A stretch of DNA of 64,000 nucleotides from NCBI GenBank assembly GCA_963667725.2, contig CAXXHO010000003.1, forward strand, positions 1,408,001 through 1,472,000, given 5' to 3'. The stretch comes from Treponemataceae bacterium. Its GTDB lineage: Bacteria > Spirochaetota > Spirochaetia > Treponematales > Rectinemataceae. The notes under the pieces were generated by a model. That model saw only the letters and a program-made list of their open reading frames with translations. It was not told the origin of the DNA and did no database searches. Both the position numbers and the translations under genes were made by a program. This document shows positions 19,092 to 29,414 of this stretch, in pieces. Numbering within the stretch: the stretch's first letter is position 1; every line of letters begins with the position of its first letter.

Positions 19092-20065
19092 TACATAGCC
19101 TTGAGATCGGCCTCGCTGGAGCAGGTTCCCTTCGCGAGAAAGTCCCTTATATTCCCCACGGTTATATCTATCGCGCGCAGCGTCGCCTGGTTCGTCGTGC
19201 CGCCTACGTGGGGCGACAGGATTACGTTGGGAAGCTCGTGAATCGGGAATCGCGAAGGAGGGCCGTTTCTGCCAGTCTGAGGATAGGTGTACCAGGTATC
19301 GATCGCCGCCGCCCTGAGAACCCCATCCTTAAGCGCGAGGTAGAGGCCTTCCTCGTCCACGATAGAGCCCCTTCCCACGTTCACCAGGACCTTGTCCTTC
19401 ATCGTGGCGAGTATTTCCCTGGTCAGCAGCCCGTCGGTGAGGGGCGTCGCCGGCAAGGCGACAAAGACGATCTCGGCTCTGGCGATCGCTTCTTTCAGGT
19501 CGGGAATTACTTCGTCAAAGCCTTCGGGAAGCGCCATGCCCGTCTTCCGGCGCCATCCGTACACCTCGCAATGAAAGGCCTTGAGGAGCTTCGCGAGTTC
19601 GCATCCTATCGCCCCCGTGCCCAGAATCGCGCACTTATGTCCGAAGAGACTGTCCCAGTTGTCCTCGGCGCCTCGCCTTACCCAGAATCCGTGCCAGAGC
19701 CCTTGCTTGAGGTCGTTATGGTATTCGACGATGCGGCCGAAGTAGGCCAAGGTCATGGCCAGAGCTTTTTCAGCCACGTCGAAGGCGTTCGCGTGGACAT
19801 TGTAGACATGGACGCCGCGATCGGCCAGTTGCCTCAGGGGCAGATGGTTGATGCCGGTAAAAGACTGAAAAATGGCTTTCAGTCGAGGCGAGGCGAGGTA
19901 GGTTTCCTTTGGCAGCTGGCCCGCGAGCAGCGCGTCCAGCTCTGTCGCCTCCGGCGCGTCCGGTTTCAGGCCATGGAGGAAGGTATGCTGCGGAAATTCC
20001 AGCCTGAGAGCATCGATGCGCCCCTCCCACACGGAATGCTGTGGCATGAACGAGCCTATGATCAT
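19088..20065 (-). CDS. D-isomer-specific 2-hydroxyacid dehydrogenase
   Basis: ILGTGAIG, LPATPLT, LVNVGRG, AAIDTW, SPHVGG. Start placed at ATG 20065 behind AAGGAG. Confidence 0.9.
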   Translation of the reverse strand: MIIGSFMPQHSVWEGRIDALRLEFPQHTFLHGLKPDAPEATELDALLAGQLPKETYLASPRLKAIFQSFTGINHLPLRQLADRGVHVYNVHANAFDVAEKALAMTLAYFGRIVEYHNDLKQGLWHGFWVRRGAEDNWDSLFGHKCAILGTGAIGCELAKLLKAFHCEVYGWRRKTGMALPEGFDEVIPDLKEAIARAEIVFVALPATPLTDGLLTREILATMKDKVLVNVGRGSIVDEEGLYLALKDGVLRAAAIDTWYTYPQTGRNGPPSRFPIHELPNVILSPHVGGTTNQATLRAIDITVGNIRDFLAKGTCSSEADLKAMY

Positions 20066-20295
20066 GATGTGCTCCTTTCGTTTGATTTCGTCTGTCAGGA
20101 TAGAGGGAGATCCAGCCGTTTTCAAGGCTCCCGGGGATATTGTGGCAAAAGGTTGGCGGACAGAGTCTGTTTCCTGCTGGTAGGGCCGGAAAAATGTGAT
20201 ATACATTAAGCAAAGGGATTTTTGCCCTGGCCTTTAATGCCGATAAATTAAATATAATATGCATACCCGCATAGAGTTCCAAGGAGAGGTAGACG

Positions 20296-23070
20296 ATGAT
20301 ACAGAAAATCAAGCGCGGACGATGGACAATCCTCGCAGCATTGGCGACGATCTTGCTGGCCGCATCATGCGCGAGCGCGCCGCCGCCCAAAGAAGTCACG
20401 CTCTCCGATCTCGTGGTCGCCGGTGACATTTCGGCGATCAAGAAGTTCTACGCGAATCAGGAACAGCTCAACATGAAGGATGGGCAGGGGCTGTATCCTC
20501 TACATTACGCCGTCATGAGGGGAGACGCTCAGATAGCGGAAATTCTGATTGTGCTGGGCGCGAAACCCGACATGCAGGATCCAGCCGGCAAGACGCCCCT
20601 GCGTTACGCGATCGACCGCAAGCAGATAGCGTCGGCTAAAATGCTTGTGGACAGGGGCGCCAATCCCTTCATCAGCGACGCCGCTGGTTCCACGCCCGCC
20701 GAAGCTGTTTTGAACGCGGGCCCCGAGATGATCAACGCGGTCTTCAACGCCAAGAACATAGACGGTTCCGGGCAGGATGGAAGAACCATCCTCCACATGG
20801 CCGCCGACGGCCTCAAAGTAACCGAAACCGGACTGCTTCTAGACCTTGGAGCGTCCGTCCAGAGAAAAGACAAGGCGGAGCGCACCGCCCTCGATCTCGC
20901 CCTCCTCCAGCCGAGGGAAAAGAACGCGGCCATCATAGCGGAAAAACTCATCCAGAAGGGAGCCAATCCCTCTTTCCCCGAATTCTCCTGGTTCGCCACG
21001 ACGGTCCGTTCTGCGGACTACAACACGGTCCGGTTCAGCAACGGCAACACGCCGCTCCACGAAGCCATTTCGCGCTTCCAGCTGGGCTTCGCCGACTTCC
21101 TCCTCTCCAAGGGACTCACGCCCAACATCAAGAATGTCGGCGGCGACGCGCCTCTGCACAGCACCGTCAAGACGGGCTGGTTGGAGGGGGCCGAACTCCT
21201 TCTCAAGAATGGCGCCGATCCCGACATCAGGGACGGAAAGAACAATACGCCCCTCCACCTGCCGGCCCCGGCCACGCTCAGACTTCAGGTGACGCAGCTT
21301 CTCCTGCGCTACAAGGCCGACCCCTCCCTCAAGGACCAGGACGGCAACACCGCGCTTCACAAGGCGGTAAAGCTGGCATACGAGCCCATGATCGTCGAGG
21401 AACTCCTCAAGGCGGGAACCCCCGTGAATTCGGCCAACCTCGAGGGAGACACTCCCCTCATGATCTGCGTGAAGGCAGGCAACTACCAGTATGCCGACGC
21501 CCTCATCACCGCGGGAGCCGATGTATTCCTCCGCAACCTGAAAGACGAAAGCCCGCTCTCCATCGCGGTCGGCAGAGGCATCGAAGCCGTGGATAAAATC
21601 GTCCTGAAAACCAATGTCCTCCAGCGCGACAACCTCGGCAACAGCGTCATCGCCACCGCCGTGGGCATGAAGGGCTCGCCCGAAGTCGTCTCCCTCATCC
21701 TTTCCAAGGGCGGCGATCCCAACATCAGGAACAACTCAGGCGACAACGCCCTCCATGTGGCGGTAAGGCTCAATCTCGCCCAGCAGGGCCTTCTCCTCAT
21801 CAACGCCAAGGCCGACATTTTCGCCGCCAACGCCACCAAGGACACGCCGGTTTTCCTCGCCCTCGCGGCGGCCGACGGCCCCTACGACTGGTTCTTCATT
21901 CCCTCCGTCATCACGGCCCGCGACTCCAACGGAGACACGGTGGGCCACCTCGCCGCCCGCAAAGACCTGGCCGATGGCCTGGATTACCTGCGCGGCAGGG
22001 GAGCCGACCTTGAGGCCGTCAACTCGGCGAGGGAAACCCTCCTCCACGCCGCCGTTCGCACCGACGCCGCCGAGGCGACGCGCTACCTGATCGCCAGCGG
22101 CGCATCCCTCACGGCCCGCGACATCAACGGCGACGCTCCGCTCAACGTGGCCGTCCTCGCCGGAGCCAAGACCTGTCTTCAGGTTCTCGTGCTTTCGGGC
22201 GTCGACCTAAACGCACGCAACTTCACCGGGGAAGCGGCCCTCCATCAGGCCGTGCGCAAACAGAACAGCGCCTTCGCGACCTATCTCGTGGACCGCGGGG
22301 CCCTGCTCGAGGTGAGGGACAACAGGGGACTGACGCCTCTGGCCGTGGCCGCCCGCGAGGCCCAGACCTCCATCGCGCAGTATTTCGTGAAGGCGGGAGC
22401 CCGTATCGACGCCCGCGACAACGCCGGTTCCACTCCACTCTATCAGGCGGTCGAAACCAGTCAGCTTGATCTCATCCGCGTTCTCGTGCAGTCCGGAGCC
22501 GATATCCTGGCCAGGAACGCCGCGGGTGATTATCCCCTCTACGCTTCGCTCAAGAAAGGCCAGTCCGTTCTGAGGGAAATCCTCGGCAACGGCTCCATGG
22601 ACAAGGGCGATTCCGACGGAAAGACGCCCCTGAGGCTGCTCGTCGAGACGAGGGCTTCACCTGACATGCTAACCCTCGCGCTGAGCCTGGGAGCCGATCC
22701 TTCTAGCAGGGACAAGTTCGCCAACACTCCTCTCCATGCCGCCCTGAACCAGAAGGACAACGCCACGGCGGCCCTTCTGCTCAAAGCCAAGGCTGACCCC
22801 TTCGCGCCCAACTATCAGGGCGTGACGCCTATCTCGCTCGCCCTCGCCGACCCCGCCGTTCTCAAGGACTTCGCGCAGGCCGCCGGTCTCGACGCCGCTG
22901 ATGTCCTGGGCGAAGGCTTCCTGCACTATGCGGTCAGGACTGGCAGAGGCGACGCGGTAAAGCTCCTTATCGACCTCGGAGCCGACAAGAACGCCAGGAA
23001 CATCTCAGGCGAGACCGCCTTCGATGTGGCGAAGACCAAGGGCGATACCGCCATACTGACAATGTTCTGA
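20296..23070 (+). CDS. Large ankyrin-repeat lipoprotein
   Basis: Lipoprotein-type signal (LLAASC) and many G-x-TPLH-x-A...LL..GAD.N repeats over 924 aa. Confidence 0.9.
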   Translation: MIQKIKRGRWTILAALATILLAASCASAPPPKEVTLSDLVVAGDISAIKKFYANQEQLNMKDGQGLYPLHYAVMRGDAQIAEILIVLGAKPDMQDPAGKTPLRYAIDRKQIASAKMLVDRGANPFISDAAGSTPAEAVLNAGPEMINAVFNAKNIDGSGQDGRTILHMAADGLKVTETGLLLDLGASVQRKDKAERTALDLALLQPREKNAAIIAEKLIQKGANPSFPEFSWFATTVRSADYNTVRFSNGNTPLHEAISRFQLGFADFLLSKGLTPNIKNVGGDAPLHSTVKTGWLEGAELLLKNGADPDIRDGKNNTPLHLPAPATLRLQVTQLLLRYKADPSLKDQDGNTALHKAVKLAYEPMIVEELLKAGTPVNSANLEGDTPLMICVKAGNYQYADALITAGADVFLRNLKDESPLSIAVGRGIEAVDKIVLKTNVLQRDNLGNSVIATAVGMKGSPEVVSLILSKGGDPNIRNNSGDNALHVAVRLNLAQQGLLLINAKADIFAANATKDTPVFLALAAADGPYDWFFIPSVITARDSNGDTVGHLAARKDLADGLDYLRGRGADLEAVNSARETLLHAAVRTDAAEATRYLIASGASLTARDINGDAPLNVAVLAGAKTCLQVLVLSGVDLNARNFTGEAALHQAVRKQNSAFATYLVDRGALLEVRDNRGLTPLAVAAREAQTSIAQYFVKAGARIDARDNAGSTPLYQAVETSQLDLIRVLVQSGADILARNAAGDYPLYASLKKGQSVLREILGNGSMDKGDSDGKTPLRLLVETRASPDMLTLALSLGADPSSRDKFANTPLHAALNQKDNATAALLLKAKADPFAPNYQGVTPISLALADPAVLKDFAQAAGLDAADVLGEGFLHYAVRTGRGDAVKLLIDLGADKNARNISGETAFDVAKTKGDTAILTMF

Positions 23071-23089
23071 TAAAGGAATCATCATAGCG

Positions 23090-23127
23090 ATAAAAAAAGG
23101 CTGCCACGATGGCAGCCTTTTTTATTT
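23090..23127. terminator. Bidirectional intrinsic terminator
   Basis: A7-GGCTGCCA-cga-TGGCAGCC-T6 between convergent genes. Confidence 0.88.
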
Positions 23128-23170
23128 CATGCGTCGGAGGACCCAGGCCTCGGGAGCTGTCTGTGCGATT

Positions 23171-24193
23171 TCAGGAACCACACTCCGAAAGTTCCTTTCT
23201 CTGCCTGAGCTTTTCAAGGGCTCTTTCCTGAATCTGGCGGACTCGCTCCCTCGTAATGCCCAGAACCTTGCCCGTTTCCTCGAGCGTATGGGTCGATTCG
23301 CCGGAAAGGCCGTACCGGAGCTTCAGTATCGTCGTCTCCCTTTCGCTCAGGTCGCTGAGTATGCAGTCCAGCAGCTCCTTCATCGTCGCGGTAAAGGCTT
23401 CCGAATAAGGATCGATGCCGGTCTCGTCGCTGATGACGTCGGAGAGGGAGGTGCTGTTCTCGTCGTCGATAGCTGAATCCAGGCTTGCCGTGTTCTGGGA
23501 AAACTCCATGACTTTCAGCACTTTTTGTCTCGTCATATCCACGCGTCTGGCCAGTTCGTCGACTTCGGGAGCCCGGCCCAATTCCTGGGTGAGCTGTTTG
23601 GAGGCGTAGTAACATTTGCGTATCGTATTGAGCATGTGGACGGGAATTCTGATGACCCTGCCCTGGTCCGCCAGGCTTTTGATTATGGCCTGCCTAATCC
23701 ACCAGGTGGCGTAGGTGGAAAACCTATAGCCGCGAGCGTAGTCGAAACGGGCCACCGCTTCCAGAAGGCCGATATTGCCCTCGTCTATAAGATCGAGAAG
23801 CCCCAGGCCCCTGTGCTGATAGCTCTTGGCGATGGAGACGACGAGGCGCAGATTGGAGCTGATCATTATCTGTTTGGTATTGGTCTGCTGTTTTTCCAGC
23901 TCGGCGAGTTCCCCGCCGAAACAGGCGTTCCCCTCTTCATTGATCCTTAGGCGCAGCGTCTCTATACGTTTGGTCAGATCCTGGATTTCTTTTCCGATTC
24001 GCTGCTCCTCTTCGGCATTGAGGAGGCGGAATTTCGCTATCTGGAGGAGGTAAAGAGAGAGGGGGTCTTTCTCTTCAAAATGGCGTTTTTTCTTGTCAGG
24101 ATGAATTTTGGAAACGTGGGGCGCTTCATGTCTCGAGCCAAGGGTTTAAGGAAGAGTATCGCGAGTTTCGCCGGTCGGTTCTTTCTTCGCCAT
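23171..24193 (-). CDS. RpoS-like (group 2) sigma-70-family sigma factor with an interrupted 5' end
   Basis: Region 1.2 ([21 protein letters not shown]) lies upstream of the ORF-track start at 23866. Region 2 ([23 protein letters not shown]) and region 4.2 ([17 protein letters not shown]) are intact. The in-frame ATG at 24193 is followed by TAA at 24148-24146, so the true start is uncertain. Confidence 0.85.
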
Positions 24194-24238
24194 GGTCCTG
24201 CTTTTTCGAACCTTTCGTCTTGCTGCTACTAAAACAAT

Positions 24239-24254
24239 AGCATGAGCCAGGCCA
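24239..24254 (-). promoter_or_regulatory. Putative sigma-54 (-24/-12) promoter of the sigma-factor gene
   Basis: Minus-strand TGGCCTGGCTCATGCT fits GG-N10-GC, 46 bp upstream of ATG 24193, with an AT-rich tract further upstream. Confidence 0.55.
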
Positions 24255-24298
24255 CGTTGGAAGAACAAAAATGAAAATATTATGAAAAATTATTACAT

Positions 24299-25270
24299 CT
24301 AGTCGCGGGGAGCCAGGGCGGGATCGATGGGCTGGCCGTTTCTGAAAACGAAGAAATAGGCTATGGGCGAACCATCCTTGGCGTCGATGCCGATCTTGCC
24401 GATCTCCCGGCCCGAGGCCACCACGTCTCCCGTCTTCACCGAAAGGGCTTCGTTGCCGCCATAAACATAGACATAGCCCGATTTCGCCTGAATGAAAGCC
24501 ACCTGGTTGAAACCTCTGGAGGGTCCAGCGGACACGACGGTGCCTGAGGCGACGGCTTTGGCCATCTCGCCCGGCTTGACGCGTATCATGATCCCCTCGA
24601 GCTTACCGTCCAGATACATGGCCTTGCCGGGGACCGGCCAATCCAGCTTCATGTCCACCGCCCTGTCCTGCGTTTTCACCGGATCGGGCATAGGAACATA
24701 GGTGGCGGCAGGAACTTCCGGCTTGGCCCCTGTCTTCACGACGCTCGTGGTAGTCGTAGGCTTGAGGGCGGGGCTGACGGTGGTAGTCGTCTTGGCGGCC
24801 GTCGTCGCCGTCGTCTTGGCGGCGATCGTCGTGGTCGTCGATACGGGCGTCAAAGCCAGGGTCGTGGAGGGGATGGAAAGCGGCGGCGGGGAAGCGTTTT
24901 CGGCCAGCTTCATGCCCGGCACTATCAGCGTGTCCCCGATCTTCAGGACATAACCGGCGCTGAGCTTGTTGGAAGCGAGGAGATCGTCGACCGTGACGCC
25001 ATATTGCCTGGACAGGCCGAAGAGCGTCTCGCCCTTGGCGACGACGTGAACCGAGGGAATGATGAGGACCGTACCGATCCTCAGCTTCGTGGGGTCGGTT
25101 ATCCCGTTGGCGGCGGCCAGGGCCTCGTAGGAGACCTTGTACTTGCGGGATATGGAATACAGCGTTTCGCCCTTCTCCAGGCTATGGGTGAGCGGATCCA
25201 CGGCGAATGCCGGCATCGACAGAAACATGAGGGCGCATATGGTTATAGTTCTGAATATAGCTTTCTTCAT
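24299..25270 (-). CDS. LysM x2 plus degenerate M23 peptidase protein (NlpD-like)
   Basis: Signal peptide, two LysM repeats (KGETLYSISRKY, KGETLFGLSRQY), a Thr-rich linker, and a C-terminal LytM fold (WPVPG...PIDP) lacking the Zn-binding His residues. Start placed at ATG 25270. Confidence 0.85.
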   Translation of the reverse strand: MKKAIFRTITICALMFLSMPAFAVDPLTHSLEKGETLYSISRKYKVSYEALAAANGITDPTKLRIGTVLIIPSVHVVAKGETLFGLSRQYGVTVDDLLASNKLSAGYVLKIGDTLIVPGMKLAENASPPPLSIPSTTLALTPVSTTTTIAAKTTATTAAKTTTTVSPALKPTTTTSVVKTGAKPEVPAATYVPMPDPVKTQDRAVDMKLDWPVPGKAMYLDGKLEGIMIRVKPGEMAKAVASGTVVSAGPSRGFNQVAFIQAKSGYVYVYGGNEALSVKTGDVVASGREIGKIGIDAKDGSPIAYFFVFRNGQPIDPALAPRD

Positions 25271-25443
25271 TATTATTCCTTTTCGAGTATCGGCAGAAAA
25301 CCTCAAAGCATTGAGGAAGGTTTCGGAAAAACACGATAACCACATTAAAGCAAATAAGGTTGGCGCAGCCGTGGTTACGCTCTTTTCATTTTACTATCAA
25401 ACAGGTAGAATTATCTATATTATTTTCCAGGAGATTACAAGTC

Positions 25444-27102
25444 ATGTCCGAGCGTTCACCTCTGCATAATGCGCGCTTTGCCTATATCCCCAAAATGCCG
25501 GAGATCTACGCGTCCCCGGTTTCCGCGATCAAGGCCGTGCCCACGGAAATCATAGAGCCGAAATACGATAAGAAAAGCCTGCGGGATATTTTCACCCACA
25601 GTTTCGGGAAACCGGCGGTAAAATTCGCCTCCGGCGACAATAGCTTCGCCTCCAACCCACTCACGATAGGCGTCCTCCTCTCAGGCGGACCCGCCCCGGG
25701 CGGGCACAATGTGATAGCCGGACTCTTCGACGGGCTGAAACGCGGCTCGTCGGAATCCAGGCTCATCGGCTTCAAGGGAGGCCCCGGCGGCCTCGTCGAC
25801 GACAAGTTCGTCGAGATCACGGCCGAACTCGTGGATTCCTACAGGAACACGGGCGGATTCGATATGGTGGGTTCAGGCAGGACAAAGATCGAGACGCCGG
25901 AACAGTTTGAGAAAGCCCTGTCCAACGCGATGAACCACCAGCTCGACGCCCTCGTCATTGTCGGCGGCGACGATTCCAACACGAACGCGGCCCTCCTCGC
26001 CGAATATTTCGCCTCGCGCGGGACTTCCATCGCTGTCGTGGGCGTTCCCAAGACGATAGACGGCGACCTCAAGAACGAGTGGATCGAGGCTTCCTTCGGC
26101 TTCGACACGGCCACGAAGACCTATTCGGAACTGATCGGCAACATCTGCCGCGACGCCCCCTCGGGACGGAAGTACTGGCACTTCATCAGGGTCATGGGCC
26201 GTTCCGCTTCCCATATCGCCCTCGAGTGCGCCCTCCAGACGAGACCCAACGTGGCCCTCATCTCCGAGGAAGTGGAAGCCAGGAAGATGAGCCTCGCGCA
26301 GATCGTCGACATCATAGCCTCCTCCGTCGCGGCCAGGGCCGCCAAGGGAGAGAATTTCGGCGTCGTCATCATTCCCGAGGGACTCATCGAATTCGTCCCC
26401 GAGATGAAAACCCTGATCGCCGGCATCAACGAGCTGCTCGCGCACGAATCGGAGGCCTTCAAGGCCCTCCCCTCGCCGGACGCGCAGATAGCATTCATAT
26501 CAGGGAAACTCCCCGCCGAATCGGCGGCCCTCTTCAATTCCCTTCCCCGCGACATAAGCGCACAGCTCTGCTGGGACAGGGACCCGCACGGCAACGTGCA
26601 GGTATCCAGGATCGAGACCGAGAAGCTTCTCGTCTCCATGGTCAGGGAAAAGCTCTCGAAACTGGCGGCCAAGGGCGACTACAAGGGCAAGTTCGACTAC
26701 CAGACCCATTTCATGGGCTACGAGGGCCGCTGCGCCTTTCCCACCAACTTCGACGCCGACTACTGCTACTCGCTCGGCTTCACCGCCTATCTTCTCGCGC
26801 TCTACGGCTTCTCGGGCTACATCGCCTCCATCCGCAACCTGGCCGCGCCCGCCCGCGAATGGATCCCCGGCGGCATCCCCCTCGTTTCGATGATGAACAT
26901 CGAGCACCGCCATGGAAGCGACAAGCCCGTCATAAGAAAAGCGCTCGTGGAGCTGGACGGAAAACCCTTTAGATTCTTCTCTGAGCAGAGGGATAAATGG
27001 GCGCTCTCCTCGGATTACCGGCTTCCCGGAAGCATCCAGTATTTCGGGCCGCCCGCCGTCACCGACATGCCCAGCCTCATCATCCAGATAGAACGGAGTT
27101 GA
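25444..27102 (+). CDS. pfp: Pyrophosphate-dependent phosphofructokinase
   Basis: [43 protein letters not shown]. Start placed at ATG 25444. Confidence 0.95.
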   Translation: MSERSPLHNARFAYIPKMPEIYASPVSAIKAVPTEIIEPKYDKKSLRDIFTHSFGKPAVKFASGDNSFASNPLTIGVLLSGGPAPGGHNVIAGLFDGLKRGSSESRLIGFKGGPGGLVDDKFVEITAELVDSYRNTGGFDMVGSGRTKIETPEQFEKALSNAMNHQLDALVIVGGDDSNTNAALLAEYFASRGTSIAVVGVPKTIDGDLKNEWIEASFGFDTATKTYSELIGNICRDAPSGRKYWHFIRVMGRSASHIALECALQTRPNVALISEEVEARKMSLAQIVDIIASSVAARAAKGENFGVVIIPEGLIEFVPEMKTLIAGINELLAHESEAFKALPSPDAQIAFISGKLPAESAALFNSLPRDISAQLCWDRDPHGNVQVSRIETEKLLVSMVREKLSKLAAKGDYKGKFDYQTHFMGYEGRCAFPTNFDADYCYSLGFTAYLLALYGFSGYIASIRNLAAPAREWIPGGIPLVSMMNIEHRHGSDKPVIRKALVELDGKPFRFFSEQRDKWALSSDYRLPGSIQYFGPPAVTDMPSLIIQIERS

Positions 27103-27106
27103 TCGA

Positions 27107-27781
27107 ATGAAACGAACCCCCGTCATCGTTGTTTTTCTGCTGTTAACGATCCTGTCCGCCGGCGCCCAGGCAATTATCACCGCCGAGCAGTTTTTTTCGA
27201 AAGTATCCGACAAGTATTCATCGGTCGAGGATTTCGAGGCTTCGATCGCCATATCCAACGCCAGCCAGCCGATGATGGGGAAGCTGTATTTCAAATCGCC
27301 GTCATTGCTCCGTATTGACTTCACCCAGCCTCCCGAGCAGGTCATCGTCTTCGACGGGGAGAGGCTCGTCGTCTATATTCCGCAGTACAGGGCCGTGCTG
27401 CAGCAGGATACGGGCAGCGCCGGGCTTGGCGCTGGCGCGGCCGCGCTCGCGTCCAGGGAAGGCCTCTCCATGATGAAGCGTAACTATACGATCGCCTGGG
27501 AGACTTCTTCGCAGGCGGTGGCGCTCGATCAGGAGCATCCCGAATTGGTTCACAAGATGATGCTCACGCGAAAGACCGTCGTGGAAGGATTCAAGACGAT
27601 CCGCATCGCTATTTCGCAGGATAGTCTCTTGATCCGCCGCATCGAGGGCTGGACGGTCGCCAACGAGAGAATCGCTTTTGATTTTACCGCGGTAAAGCAG
27701 AATCAGAACATTCCCGCGACGAGGTTCCTTTACGACGCTCCGGCGAGCGCCAACGTATACAACAACTTCCTTTTCCAATAA
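27107..27781 (+). CDS. lolA: Outer-membrane lipoprotein carrier LolA family protein
   Basis: Signal peptide; GKLYFKSPSLLRIDFTQPPEQVIVFDG; C-terminal IP..RF.YDAP..A.V. Confidence 0.85.
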   Translation: MKRTPVIVVFLLLTILSAGAQAIITAEQFFSKVSDKYSSVEDFEASIAISNASQPMMGKLYFKSPSLLRIDFTQPPEQVIVFDGERLVVYIPQYRAVLQQDTGSAGLGAGAAALASREGLSMMKRNYTIAWETSSQAVALDQEHPELVHKMMLTRKTVVEGFKTIRIAISQDSLLIRRIEGWTVANERIAFDFTAVKQNQNIPATRFLYDAPASANVYNNFLFQ

Positions 27782-27801
27782 CGCGAGGCGAAGAAGTCCT
27801 G

Positions 27802-29406
27802 ATGGCTAAAATAGGTTCGAAAATACAAGAGACAAGGCTCAGGAAGGGACTCACCCTTGAGCGTATCGCCGATGACACCAACATCAGCATAAGGTTTCTC
27901 TCCAAGATCGAAAACGACGACTTCAGCGGTTTCCCGGGCGAGCCTTACGTCATCGGCTTCATAAGGAATTACGCTGAATATCTCGGCCTCGACCCCGATG
28001 TCATGATAGCCCGCTACAGAAACAAGGAAGCCGATTCTTCGGATATGCCTTCTTCGGCCACGGCGACGGGGACCCAAGAGGTTGCCCGGGCGGCTGAGGC
28101 TGAGGCCGCTGCGGCTGCGGAGGCCCAAGAGGTTGCACGGGCGGCGGGGGCTCAGGTCGCCGCGGCTCCGGGGGCTCGGGAAGCGGCGGTCCATGCCGCG
28201 GCCCAGACGACGGAGGCGGTTTCCATGGTGCCCGCCAAAGATCCGGCGGATACTCAAAAAACCGCCACGGTCACCCCGGAAATCGACGAGACTAAAAAAC
28301 CCAAGAAAACCAGGAAGGCTAGACCTGTCGCCGCGACGGCCTCGGACCTCGCGACGGTCGCTGCCGTACCCGCTTCGCTCGCAGCGCCCGTACTCTCGTC
28401 CGGCGCCGCAGGCGCGTCCGCGATATCCGTATCCGGCGCGTCTGCCGTGTCCGGCGCGTCAGGCGAAGGTCATGTCGGGGAACCTCGTCGCGACAAGACA
28501 AAACATACGACAAGGCATGTGGTGGAGATACCCGCGGCCGCGCCTCCCTCTCTCTCACTTCCGGCGAGAAAAGACGACTCCAAACCGACCCTCCGGACAA
28601 TCATCGTGGCAATTCTCGCCATATCGATCGTAGCGGTGGCGCTTCTCTGGATTGTGGCCGGAGGCAGGACTCAGCTGGCGAAACTGGCCGTGGCCGAGAA
28701 GAAACCGGCCGAATACAGGGTGGAAGGCAGTCCCTTCGAGATGCGCCTCTATGTGGACGACAGCCTGCTTGTTCCGGTCGGCAGCGACGTCTATAAGCTG
28801 CGCCTCGCCTCGATCGGCGAAAAAGTCACAATCGAAACGCCATTCGGTCCTTTCGAATTGGCCCTTGGCGAAACAGGCCCCCTCGACACCGACAGCGATG
28901 GAACAGCCGAAGCCTCGATTACTGTCGGCGATTTCGAGAAGAATCGCGCTGCTTCAGGCGCCCTCCTGAAAGTGGAATTCGCGCCGGCTGAGATCACTGA
29001 AGAGACGGAAGGCGAAGTCACGATACCCGAAACCCAGGCGACGGCCGCCGCTGCCGCCAACGCGACAAGTCCCAAGACGGACACACTCATCATCAAGTCC
29101 ACGCGGGGACCCTACCCCTTCGTCGTCCAGGCTACCTTCAGAGGGAATTGCCTATTCCGCTATGAAGCCGACAGGAAGGAATGGGTCGAAAAGTACTTCT
29201 CCAAGGGAGAAAGCATTACCCTTAACGTGAGCAACGGACTCACCGTCTGGGCGTCGAACGCCCAGGCCGTAAAGCTGAGTTTCCAGGCCTCGGGCGGCAA
29301 GACGGCCGACCTCGAAATCGGCGCCCCGGGTGAAATCGCCGTCAAGAAAATCGCCTGGACTCGTGACGGCAGCTCATGGGCTCTCATCTCATCCAATCTC
29401 GATTGA
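27802..29406 (+). CDS. rodZ: RodZ-like protein (HTH, long low-complexity linker, TM, periplasmic domain)
   Basis: IGSKIQETRLRKGLTLE...ENDDFSGFPGEPYVIGFIRNYAEYLGLD, single TM segment, upstream of rimO. Confidence 0.8.
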   Translation: MAKIGSKIQETRLRKGLTLERIADDTNISIRFLSKIENDDFSGFPGEPYVIGFIRNYAEYLGLDPDVMIARYRNKEADSSDMPSSATATGTQEVARAAEAEAAAAAEAQEVARAAGAQVAAAPGAREAAVHAAAQTTEAVSMVPAKDPADTQKTATVTPEIDETKKPKKTRKARPVAATASDLATVAAVPASLAAPVLSSGAAGASAISVSGASAVSGASGEGHVGEPRRDKTKHTTRHVVEIPAAAPPSLSLPARKDDSKPTLRTIIVAILAISIVAVALLWIVAGGRTQLAKLAVAEKKPAEYRVEGSPFEMRLYVDDSLLVPVGSDVYKLRLASIGEKVTIETPFGPFELALGETGPLDTDSDGTAEASITVGDFEKNRAASGALLKVEFAPAEITEETEGEVTIPETQATAAAAANATSPKTDTLIIKSTRGPYPFVVQATFRGNCLFRYEADRKEWVEKYFSKGESITLNVSNGLTVWASNAQAVKLSFQASGGKTADLEIGAPGEIAVKKIAWTRDGSSWALISSNLD

Positions 29407-29414
29407 GGATAAGC

